From contig NIVC01000032.1 in assembly GCA_002269645.1 (NCBI GenBank), positions 868,001-932,000 on the forward strand: 64,000 nucleotides of DNA. The letters run 5' to 3'. Numbering within the stretch: position 1 is the stretch's first letter; each line of letters starts with the position of its first letter. This DNA comes from Macrostomum lignano (Eukaryota). The position numbers and the translations under genes were made by a program. The notes under the pieces are model-generated. The model ran no database searches. It saw nothing but the letters and a program-made list of their open reading frames with translations, and was not told the DNA's origin. Below are positions 47,968 through 60,487 of the stretch, in pieces.

Positions 47968-50530
47968 TTATGACGACTTTCCCGTCGACAAGCAAAAAAT
48001 TAACGTTATGTTTTCTTTCTCAGATTTTAAGACTTCTAACGTTAAGGTTAACAATGAAGTGCCAGGGCTCAGGGAACTTTTTTCTTCGAAATTTCGCAGA
48101 ATATCTTTTAATTAAACCAACAACCATGTGTTCCATCGAAGATAACAAATTTTCAGAAATTACAATTAAATTTTAAATTACAATGTCGTTGATATACTTT
48201 GTGTTTGTATGCTTTAAAGTCTGTATATTCTACAAAATATTTTAACTGGTTTATATTTTCTAAATGTTTAATACCAATTTTCGTAGACAGCTTTACCCTC
48301 AGAAAAGTTCTGTCCGTCATTAAGTTTGCACCAAAATAATTGCTTATAGGGGCCTAGTTCACGTGGCTTTTAAATATTTGGCCGAGTTTAATAAGACACT
48401 TAAGCCTCTGATACTAAATCTAAACATATTACGCCTTGAGTGGTTTGGGCACTTGAGTGCTTACACTAAGCCAAGCCTGTCAGTAAAAAGCTTATTAAAC
48501 CATACTTTATTAGTGTAGTGAGTCTATTTGACTTAGTTTAGCCTAGCCTAGGCCTAGCCTAGGGGCCCTAGGCATTGCACATATTTAGTTGATTTTATTT
48601 ATAAATGCTTGCATAAATTTAAAATTAAAAAATATTTGTTTGTTTAATAATACAATTCCTGACTAAACTAAAGGCAAAGCTGATTCTTTTAATGCAAACG
48701 ATGCTTTGACCTATTACAATTTTTTTAATTTGTAGGCCTAGGGGCCAAACATGCCAAATAAAGAATTCTCCAAAAACAAAACACTAGGGCCTACCCATCT
48801 ACCTATTTGAATGCTTTATTTTTAGTCAAACTAGGCCTAGCTTTCAAATTAGACCATACCATTGTCACCCCATAGATACTAGGCCCTAGGCCTAACTAAA
48901 ACAACCAGATATAAAGCCTATGCTATTTTGAAAAAGTTATCATTGTCTTTTTGAGCTATAATGACCTATAGGCCTAGTATAGACTATAGACTTATTAGAA
49001 ACTTTTTAGTTGACCTTATTGAGTTTTATTACTTTTATATGCCTTGTGGATTCATAAATCTTTAGAGCTAAGCTGATCTAAATAAATCAATGAATTATGA
49101 ATAAATATTTAAAATTAGGCCTACAATAATTTTTTTAATTTTATAAGCATATGAGGGGTACTATATTATTGTTAGGCCCTATCTATAATAAAATTTGTAG
49201 CCTAGTCTTCTTTGCATTGCCACTTTATTTCCTTTCACAGGCACTTGCTTTTTCAAATCTAGATTGAGATTATACTTGACTAATAGTTTTGGATATATAC
49301 TTTAAAGGAAGGGCAATAATATAGGCCTATGCAATTTATACACTAGGTCTATCAGTCTATGAATCATTGGAAAAATGAATTAAAACATTTAGCCTACATA
49401 ATCAGTGTAATATTTATAGAGACAAAGTAGTAAGTTACATTAGCAGTATATTGATAGTCAATTATATAGGCCTAGTTTTTTGTAAGTCTATAGGCCTTAC
49501 TAGCTCAAATATAGTAACAATTTTTTTAACCTACATAGGCCTATGATAATGATTTTTTGATATATTGAAGCTAAAATTCTACACTTCTAATAAAACCAAA
49601 GTTGTTTGATTTTCAAGCATGCAATAGGCCTAGGCCTAATGCTATATAAGCAAAGTATCATTACTTTTTGGATAACCTTGTATATGCCTCCAATATTTTA
49701 TGTTCTTATATTGATAGGCCTAATACTTTTATAAAGCTTATCACTATATAGAAATGCAACAAAGTACTCTTTTGTTATTTTTATTATATTGTAATCTCAA
49801 GTTGTTCATTAACAATAGTTTCACATTATTAGTATTTAATGTTCAATTAGTATATTCAAGTATACTTATACTCTATATAAGGATAATAATAGTATTACTT
49901 TCATTGATTAGGCTAGATTTACAACTAATAGCTCAGCCATAGCTATTGTGTTGCATATCTGAAGGCTATGTTGGGCTATTCAGTCTAAGGACTGGAGGGG
50001 GGTTGCCACACATGCCTTCAATTACCGCAGCTAATGCTGGCACCCATTTTATAGCTGGGTGAACTGAAGCAATGCAGAGTTAAGTGTCTTGCTCAAGGAT
50101 ACAAATTGTTCAAGTGCAATTGGGAGTTGAACCCCTGACTTTTAAGTTGTAAATCCAATATTCTAACAACTAGACTACACCCCTACTTTATACAGGCATG
50201 CAATCACCATTCTCACTATTTGTATAGCAGTCCAATTGCTAGGCATGATATGTAAATTCTATGCATTAAGGGTGTCCAAGTGTTTTTCATAGGTGTGAAT
50301 TGCACAAAAGTCAAACCAATTCTTTATGCATATCAGCTCTAAATTAATGTATCACTAAGTTGGTTTGTCTCCAAGCAACTGAATTTTAGGTTACTAATTG
50401 TTTTGTTACTTTCATATTGTTAGTTTTCTCATCACTTATAAAATCAATGAATTTTTTACCAATTTTGATTTATGCAGCCAAATTAATGCATAGAAATGCA
50501 TTGGTGCAGCGGGCAAGTCGTCAGCAGAGG
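47968..50530. promoter_or_regulatory. AT-rich region between divergent SLC12A9 and PLK4 starts (candidate bidirectional promoter/5' UTR region)
   Basis: Head-to-head start codons ~2.56 kb apart; contains a dense TAGGCCTA cluster. No TSS can be seen from sequence alone. Confidence 0.45.
49955..50183 (-). mobile_element. SINE family A, diverged copy
   Basis: Contains the reverse-complement CORE-like segment GCTGGGTGAACTGAAGCAATGCAGAGTTAAGTGTCTTGCTCAAGGA. Confidence 0.72.
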
Positions 50531-53500
50531 ATGTACAAGAAGACTAAGGAAGAAATTGAACAGGTTTGTTTAAATTAGACAATAATTTGCCTTGACTTGT
50601 ACTTATTTAATTTTATTAGTAAACTTAACAACTGATTTCTCTTTCAAATCTGAACAAAATTTAGGCCTATACCTTAGGTCAACAGCTGGGCGAAGGCGGT
50701 TTTGGCAAAGTCTACCAAGCTATTGACAATAAGACTGGAATGGATGTGGCTATCAAAATTGTGAGTTCCAGTTGTTTTATTAGTTTTAAAAGTACATTGA
50801 ATACTTGGCAGTCAGTTTTAAAACTAGTTTTATCCATTCTTTTCAGCTGAACAAGAAGCAGGTTCATCAGCGCAACATGGGTAGTCGAGTGATTAGTGAG
50901 ATTAACATACACCAACGACTGAGGCATCCATTTGTATTGCAGGTAATTTTATGTTATTAATTATGATTTTTTTCTAGTTTAGTTCTATACTAATTTTAAT
51001 CTATAATGCAGCTGATTGAGATTCCGAACTGGAATTCTAATTTAGCTGATTGAGATTCCAAACTAGAATTCTAATTTAGCTGATTTAGATTCCAAACTGG
51101 AATTCTAATTTAGCTGATTTAGATTCCAAACTGGAATTCTAATTTAGCTGATTGAGATTCCAAACTGGAATTCTAATTTAGCTGATTTAGATTCCAAACT
51201 GGAATTCTAATTTAGCTGATTGAGATTCCGAACTGGAATTCTAATTTAGCTGATTGAGATTCCGAACTGGAATTCTAATTTAGCTGATTGAGATTCCAAA
51301 CTGGAATTCTAATTTAGCTGATTGAGATTCCGAACTGGAATTCTAATTTAGCTGATTTAGATTCCAAACTGGAATTCTAATTTAGCTGATTGAGATTCCA
51401 AACTGGAATTCTAATTTAGCTGATTTAGATTCCAAACTGGAAGTCTAATTTAGCTGATTGAGATTCCGAACTGGAATTCTAATTTAGCTGATTTAGATTC
51501 CAAACTGGAATTCAAATTCTAATTTAGCTGATTTAGATCCTCTCTTCCTAATACTAAAACCGACGCGATGTTTGTCTGTCTGTATGTCTGTCTGTCTGTA
51601 TGTAGCAAGTGAACTCCTACAATTCTGCCAAGTCAACGTCGAAACTTATATGGGAAAACTGCAAATTTTCCGGAGCAGGCTTTAGGCTATTTTAATTTTT
51701 AATTTTCACATTTTAACATCCCTAAAAAAGCAGAAAACTGCTTTTTTAACCCCCAATAACCTTCTTTGGTCACTCTGCCTGGGGCTTCAGCCAGTTTGTA
51801 AAAATAGCCACCCCAACCTCCGCCCGCGGGCCGCTGTGTATTGAGGGGTGGTTGGTGCGAGTGGAAATAAAACCCCCCGCGTGTTGGGGGGTTCAGTTAA
51901 ATTTAATGCTTCCCCCAGAACGGGGGGTTGGGCTTGGGCTGAGTGTACATAGCAGTTGTACAGTGTAAACAGATAGATAGGAGTCAGGACTGTGTCGAGA
52001 TTCAATTGGTTTTATTATTGGCGCCTTTTTTCTCCATAGGCAGCCCTGTGTATTAGTTTGGCAGTGAAATTCAATGAATTGCGAGCTTCTCTAGCAAGCA
52101 GTCGGGAAATCGGTAAATTTCAAACGCTAACTGTTCCTCGAGTTTTAAACTTTGAGAGGAGAGACTTATATTGCTGGAAAGATCTTGCAACGCTGAGTTC
52201 GGGGATATAAGTTGTATGCTTTAAATATGAAAAGAAAAAGCACAGCATTTAAAAAACTATTTCCATACTTTTAACTTTCTGCAAAAATTGTACTCAGTTT
52301 TGCGAGACGTAATAGATAAAGTTGGGCGTATTGGAAGGGGGTCTGCCGCTGCGTATTGGAAGGTTGATTTAGATTGCGCAACCGTTTATTTAACTTTAAA
52401 TAAGACTGATAGATTCATTTGGTTTTATTATTGGCAGCCCTGTGTATTAGTTTGGCAGTGAAATTCAATGAATAAACTTGCGAGCTTCTCTAGCAAGCAG
52501 TCGGGAAATCGGTAAATTTCAAACGCTAACTGTTCCTCGAGTTTTAAACTTTGAGAGGAGAGACTTATATTGCTGGAAAGATCTTGCAACGCTGAGTTCG
52601 GGGATATAAGTTGTATGCTTTAAATATGAAAAGAAAAAGCACAGCATTTAAAAAACTATTTCCATACTTTTAACTTTCTGCAAAAATTGTACTCAGTTTT
52701 GCGAGACGTAATAGATAAAGTTGGGCGTATTGGAAGGGGGTCTGCCGCTGCGTATTGGAGGGTTGATTTAGATTGCGCAACCGTTTATTTAACTTTAAAT
52801 AAGACTGATACTGTCTGACTGAGAAATGGTTTGCGCAATTAATTGATTCAATTAATTCAACACGCAGCTCTGGGCAGCTCTAACCCTAACCCTAACCAAT
52901 GAATTCTAAGAGTTAAGTTCTTTTTGACAGAGAAAATTTCGATTGAGTCCAGTTTCACGGAGTATTCTGATGGTTTTCGGTTTCACGGAGAGGATTTCTT
53001 TTTCGTGGAGAGAATCTAGATGTATTTCTGTTTTACGGAGACGATTTTGATGGATGTCAGTTTCACTCAGAGGATTTCCATGGAGCCCAGTTTCACGGAG
53101 AGGGTTTCTGTTTCGCGGAGAGGATTTCTGTTTCGCGGAGAGGATTTCTGTTTCGCGGAGAGGATTTCTGTTTCGCGGAGAGGATTTCTGTTTCACGGAG
53201 GGATTTTGGTATCTTCAGTCAGTCAGTAAAGAGAGTAAAGACAAGAGTGAAAAGAGAAGAGAGAAGAGATTATAGAAAAGAGAGTAGAGATGAGAGAGGA
53301 CAGATTAGACATGACAGATGGGAGAGAAGAGGGGAGTAAGGCGGGAACGAAGAGGGAGAGAGAAGAAAAGAGGAGAGAGGAGATGAGAGGGAAGATATGA
53401 GATAGCAGAGGGAGACAGGAGAGATGAGAGGAGAGAAAAGAGAGGAGCTGAGAGTAGAGGAGAAAGAAATAGTGAGATGAGGCATGAGGGATGTGAGATG

Positions 53501-56500
53501 AGAGAGGAGAGAAGAGAGGAGAGAGAAGAAAACAGGGGATAAAGGAGACAGGAGAGAAAGACGAAAGACGAGGGAGAAGAGATAAATAAGTTGGTAGAGA
53601 TGAGAGACGTGAGAGGAGAGAAAAGAGAAGAGAGGAGACAGAAGAATCTGAGTCTGGACAATGGCAGTCAGTTTTTGCGAACAGGGAAAACAAGATATGG
53701 TATTTGAAAGGCTTTACAGAGGATTTGGAGATGATTTGGAAGATGGGATTCAAGTCATGGAATTTCAGCTGATGGATTTCAGGGAATGGAATTCCGGTGA
53801 TGGGAGTTCTTCCCCTTTCTCCTCCAGAGGAGGAGTTGGCCTCGTATATACTAAAAATGGTCTGTCTGTGTCTATGTGATCGATTAGAGAAAAAATGGCT
53901 GGACCGATTTTGTTCGAACTTGCACTGTTCGATCAGAAATTTTCCCGTGACTGTACATGCATCGTGGCTAAGAAATTTCTCGATGCTAAAGGCATTAAAT
54001 ATTCGAAAAACATGCTTTTTTGCAAAGGTCAAGCAAACTTTTCGACTTGAAATGCATTGTAAGAATGCTAGAGAAAAAACTGACTGGTTGAATTCTGATT
54101 CTGAAATAGATTGCATCATAACTGAATTGTAACTCCGACTTGAATTGAAAATGCAGTGTGGAAGCGTAGCACCAGACTTGATTTAAATTGCGTAACCATA
54201 TTGTTAACTGATACTGACTGACTGAGAAACTGATTATGTCATAACTGCTTCGTGTGATTTACTCTATGCTTGGATTTTAAAGTGTTGAATTATATAAGCG
54301 CAAAATTTGATGTTATCAAAACGATGAGAGCTAGCCTAGAGGTGAACAAACTGAACTGCTAAATGCAGCGACGATGGTTCGAATTTTCATAGAGTACAAT
54401 TTTTTTAATTAAAGCTTTTCAACGTCAGGAAAACTAAAAGACTTTTTAAAAAGAAGCATCATGTAAAAAATCATAGAAGCGTCATATAAAAATCATAGAT
54501 GCGTCATTTAAAAAATCATAGAAGCGTCATATAAAAATCATAGAAGCGTCATGTAAAAAATCATAGAAGCGTCATGTAAGCAATCATAGAAGCGTCATGT
54601 AAAAAATCATAGAAGCGTCATGTAAAAAATCATAGAAGCGCCATGTAAAAAATCATAGAAGCGCCATGTAAACAATCATAGAAGCGTCATGTAAACAATC
54701 ATAGAAGCGTCATGTAAACAATCATAGAAGCGTCATGTAAACAATCATAGAAGCGTCATGTAAAAAATCATAGAAGCGTCATGTAAACAATCATAGAAGC
54801 GTCATGTAAAAAATCATAGAAGCGTCATGTAAACAATCATAGAAGCGTCATGTAAACAATCATAGAAGCGTCATGTAAAAAATCATAGAAGCGCCATGTA
54901 AAAAATCATAGAAGCGCCATGTAAACAATCATAGAAGCGTCATGTAAACAATCATAGAAGCGTCATGTAAAAAATCATAGAAGCGTCATGTAAACAATCA
55001 TAGAAGCGTCATGTAAACAATCATAGAAGCGTCATGTAAACAATCATAGAAGCGTCATGTAAAAAATCATAGAAGCGTCATGTAAAAAATCATAGAAGCG
55101 TCATGTAAAAAATCATAGAAGCGCCATGTAAACAATCATAGAAGCGTCATGTAAAAAATCATAGAAGCGTCATGTAAACAATCATAGAAGCGTCATGTAA
55201 AAAATCATAGAAGCGTCATGTAAACAATCATAGAAGCGTCATGTAAAAAATCATAGAAGCGTCATGTAAACAATCATAGAAGCGTCATGTAAACAATCAT
55301 AGAAGCGTCATGTAAACAATCATAGAAGCGTCATGTAAACAATCATAGAAGCGTCATGTAAACAATCATAGAAGCGTCATGTAAACAATCATAGAAGCGT
55401 CATGTAAACAATCATAGAAGCGTCATGTAAACAATCATAGAAGCGTCATGTAAAAAATCATAGAAGCGCCATGTAAAAAATCATAGAAGCGTCATGTAAA
55501 AATCATAGAAGCGTCATGTAAAAATCATAGAAGCGTCATGTAAACAATCATAGAAGCGTCATATAAAAATCATAGAAGCGTCATGTAAACAATCATAGAA
55601 GCGTCATATAAAAATCATAGAAGCCTCATTTAAAAACTAATGAAAGTGTCATTTAAAAAATTAAGAAGCGTCACGGTACAATAAAAGAAGCGTCATGTCA
55701 GACATGAAGGGTGTCATGTAAAAATTTAATGCAGCTATAATGCTGTGCTGGGGAGAAAAACTGAGACGTAAAGGCTCTCAGAGAATAACTGAGATTACGG
55801 GGGGGTTGTTTCTGAGATGTCAAAGCAAAAGTCAGAAGCTACTTCAAAGTTCATGTACTTTACTCAATTTTTTATTGCATTCTTTGTTGGCTCGCCACGG
55901 GGGGGCGCTGATAGAAGAAGAGTCATGTAAAAAATAAAAGTAGCACTACGTATACATAAAAGAAAAGTCATGTCGAAGTTAAAAGATTCATTTGGGAATT
56001 GCTACGATGTCAAAGCTTGGTGGAAATCGTTATAGTGCTGTGATTCTTAAAGAAGGAATCACTAAAATGTCAAGGCTTAGGGGAGAAGAATTGCTGAGAT
56101 TTCAAGGCTTTAGGTTGGGTTAAAGTTAGGTTTAGGTCAGGTGTGGGTTGAGGGTTATATTTTATCGGGTTTCAAGGTTAACAGAATAACCAGGGGATTT
56201 TTTAGATTTCAAGGTTTATGGGGGCCATCGCTGACATGTTAAGGCTTACGGGGGGAATAGCTGAGATGTCAAGGCTCACGGGGGTATAAATGAGATTTCA
56301 AAGCTAAAGTCAGAAGCTACATGTAGTTTATTGAAAACTTTTTATTACATTATTTGATGCCTCCTCAGGGGAGGGATCGCTGATAGAAAAAGCGTAATGT
56401 AAAAAATAAAAGAAGCTTCATGTCGAAGTTAAGAGATTCATTTGGGAATCCCTACGATGTCGAGGCTTGCAGGGAATCGCTATAATGCTGTAGTAGTGCT

Positions 56501-59500
56501 ATAATGACTCTTAGAGAGAATTACTGAAATTTCAATGCTTTAGGGTTGGGTTAGGGTTAGGGTTAGGGTTAGGCTAGGGTTAGGGTTAGAAGGTTGACAG
56601 ATATTTTTAGATTTCCAAGGCTTATTGGGGGCATTGCTGAGATGTCAAGGGGGGAAGTTGATATGTTAAAGCTTGTGGGGGGGGAATTACTGACATGTCA
56701 AGGCTTACAAGGTTTGACAGGAGATTTTTTAAGATTTCAAGGATACATGTAGCTTATTAAAAAAACGTGTATTGCATTTCTTTGGCTCCCCAACGGGGGG
56801 CGTAGATTGCTAGTTCCAAACTGAAATTCAAATTCTAATTTAGCTGATTTAGATTCCAAACTGAAATTCAAATTCTAATTTAGCTGATTGAGATTCCGAA
56901 CTGGAAGTCTAATTTAGCTGATTGAGATTCCGAACTGGAAGCCTAATTTAGCTGATTTAGATTCCAAACTGGAAGCCTAATTTAGCTGATTGAGATTCCG
57001 AACTGGAAGCCTAATTTAGCTGATTTAGATTCCAAACTGGAATTCTAATTTAGCTGATTGAGATTCCAAACTGAAATTCAAATTCTAATTTAGCTGATTT
57101 AGATTCCAAACTGAAATTCTAATTTAGCTGATTGAGATTCCAAACTGAAATTCAAATTCTAATTTAGCTGATTGAGATTCCAAACTGAAATTCTAATTTA
57201 GCTGATTGAGATTCCGAACTGGAAGCCTAATTTAGCTGATTTAGATTCCAAACTGGAAGCCTAATTTAGCTGATTGAGATTCCGAACTGGAAGCCTAATT
57301 TAGCTGATTTAGATTCCAAACTGAAATTCAAATTCAAATTTAGCTGATTTAGATTCCAAACTGAAATTCAAATTCTAATTTAGCTGATTGAGATTCCAAA
57401 CTGGAATTCAAATTCTAATTTAGCTGATTTAGATTCCAAACTGAAATTCTAATTTAGCTGATTGAGATTCCAAACTGAAATTCAAATTCTAATTTAGCTG
57501 ATTTAGATTCCAAACTGAAATTCTAATTTAGCTGATTGAGATTCCAAACTGAAATTCAAATTCTAATTTAGCTGATTGAGATTCCAAACTGAAATTCTAA
57601 TTTAGCTGATTTAGATTCCAAACTGAAATTCAAATTCAAATTTAGCTGATTTAGATTCCAAACTGAAATTCAAATTCAAATTTAGCTGATTGAGATTCCA
57701 AACTGAAATTCAAATTCTAATTTAGCTGATTTAGATTCCAAACTGAAATTCTAATTTAGCTGATTGAGATTCCAAACTGAAATTCAAATTCTAATTTAGC
57801 TGATTTAGATTCCAAACTGAAATTCTAATTTAGCTGATTGAGATTCCAAACTGAAATTCAAATTCTAATTTAGCTGATTGAGATTCCAAACTGAAATTCT
57901 AATTTAGCTGATTTAGATTCCAAACTGAAATTCAAATTCAAATTTAGCTGATTTAGATTCCAAACTGAAATTCAAATTCAAATTTAGCTGATTGAGATTC
58001 CAAACTGAAATTCAAATTCTAATTTAGCTGATTTAGATTCCAAACTGAAATTCTAATTTAGCTGATTGAGATTCCAAACTGAAATTCAAATTTAGCTGAT
58101 TGAGATTCCAAACTGAAATTCAAATTCTAATTTAGCTGATTGAGATTCCAAACTGAAATTCAAATTCTAATTTAGCTGATTGAGATTCCAAACTGGAAGT
58201 CAAATGTGGCTAGTTTTTATGTTATTATTTTTTTGTGTCAGTCAAACATATCTTAGTCTAGTCTTCAACTCCTGTTTCCATCAGCTGTACTCATATTTCG
58301 AAGACGCGGACAGTGTCTACTTAGTCCTCGAGCTGTGCCACCGAGGCAGTCTGCACGACTATGTTAGACAGCAAGGCCGAGTGTCCGAGGATCAGGGTAA
58401 GTATTTTTACAATAATTTTTATTCCTTTTACTATTGAAATGGAAATAGATTAGCTACCACTGTTAGTGTCAATTATTTGTATCACATTGTTATTCTAGTT
58501 CGGTACTTTATGCGGCAGATAGTCACTGGACTGCGTTACCTGCATCAAAACCGCATTATTCACCGGGATTTGACTCTGGCTAATCTGCTGCTAACTAAGG
58601 ATAACAAAGTGGTTAGTTGCGCTATTTTTTTTTGTTTGTACTTCACATGCTAATGCCTGACAATTAGAAAGTCAAAGGCGCTGTAAGTTTAGGATTCTGA
58701 ATTGGTTTTATTTCCCACAGATACCTCGTAGAATATCTAGATGGGCCACTCAGGCATATATGCTTAGTAGGCCTAAAAAGCTTTCTACTTTCAGTTCAGT
58801 AGCAAAGAAGAATACATAAGCTATTTTATTAAAATAAAGGCAGCTGAAATGACTTTTAAAAGTTTAGAAGCCCACAAGCTTGCAGGCGTAAACAGCTTGC
58901 TAATTGGTTCAGCAATAATGTACATTAGCCAGTCCACTGAATGTACATGGCTTCAGCAATAATGTACATTAGCCAGTCCACTGAATGTACATGGCTTCAG
59001 CAATAATGTACATTAGCCAGTCCACTGAAATGTACATGGCAGCAATTTAGGCTGGAATTCCGAGAAAGGCAATAAAAATTGGGTGGCGGGGCTGGGGTGA
59101 AGCTTCTGTGTGGAGTTGGAGGGGCTTAGGCTAGAGGAATAAGAGCCTAGCATTTTAAAATACAATAAAATGCTTCAGTTTAACTTACTACTTAACTGAA
59201 AGTAGCTTGCATAAATTTTTAAAAATAAATTTACAAAATAACGTTTTGCACTATTTTTTTATAGAAAATTTCCGATTTCGGCTTGGCTACAGAAATTGCC
59301 GACGGGCGAACTAATAAAACCATGTGCGGCACGCCAAATTATATATCCCCGTGAGTGCTGGAGAGATTTTACGAATCTATTGTCATGAATTTAGGGAATT
59401 AAGCGAATCAAGCTCAAATGTTTATCCCCAACACCCCCAAATCCAGGGAAGTGAGCGGTCGCGGAGTTCAAGGCGTTGAAGTGGACGTCTGGTCTCTTGG

Positions 59501-59753
59501 CGTTATGCTGTACACTCTGCTAGTTGGCAAGGCTCCTTTCGACACTAAAGATCCCAAGTCTACCATTGACAATGCCCGGCGACTGCGCTACGACATTCCC
59601 GGTAACCTGGACGCTGACGCCATCGACCTGATTGCCAAACTGATCAGGGAGAGGCCGCAGGATCGGATCAAGTTGACCGATATTTTGGAGCATTCGTTTC
59701 TGAAGAAGGGAGGCGGTTTTGACGCTGTGGTGAGGGCTGGATCTATAGTTCTG

Positions 59754-59792
<39 letters not shown>

Positions 59793-59793
59793 G

Positions 59794-59852
<59 letters not shown>

Positions 59853-59853
59853 G

Positions 59854-59908
<55 letters not shown>

Positions 59909-59909
59909 G

Positions 59910-60004
<95 letters not shown>

Positions 60005-60073
60005 GGATAGATAGATAGATAGATGGATGGATGGATGGATAGATAGATAGATAGATAGATGGATGGATGGATG

Positions 60074-60124
<51 letters not shown>

Positions 60125-60129
60125 GGATG

Positions 60130-60184
<55 letters not shown>

Positions 60185-60193
60185 GGATGGATG

Positions 60194-60244
<51 letters not shown>

Positions 60245-60277
60245 GGATAGATAGATAGATAGATAGATGGATGGATG

Positions 60278-60352
<75 letters not shown>

Positions 60353-60353
60353 G

Positions 60354-60424
<71 letters not shown>

Positions 60425-60432
60425 GGATGGAC

Positions 60433-60487
<55 letters not shown>

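Larger units (their letters stand above)
51538..56813 (+). mobile_element. Non-autonomous Helitron-like element, 5276 bp
   Basis: Inserted between A and T of the satellite unit (ATTTAGA|TTCCAAAC) with no TSD; 5' TC followed by a GTCT microsatellite; 3' GC hairpin GCTCCCCAACGGGGGGC about 10 nt before terminal CTAG; no Rep/Hel ORF recognised. Confidence 0.82.

Noticed and set aside
53223-54132. ORFs inside the Helitron as a Rep/helicase
   Set aside because: No HUH or PIF1 helicase motifs; largely translations of the GA tract.
56540-56590. True telomere or chromosome end
   Set aside because: Short, imperfect and internal to a PLK4 intron.
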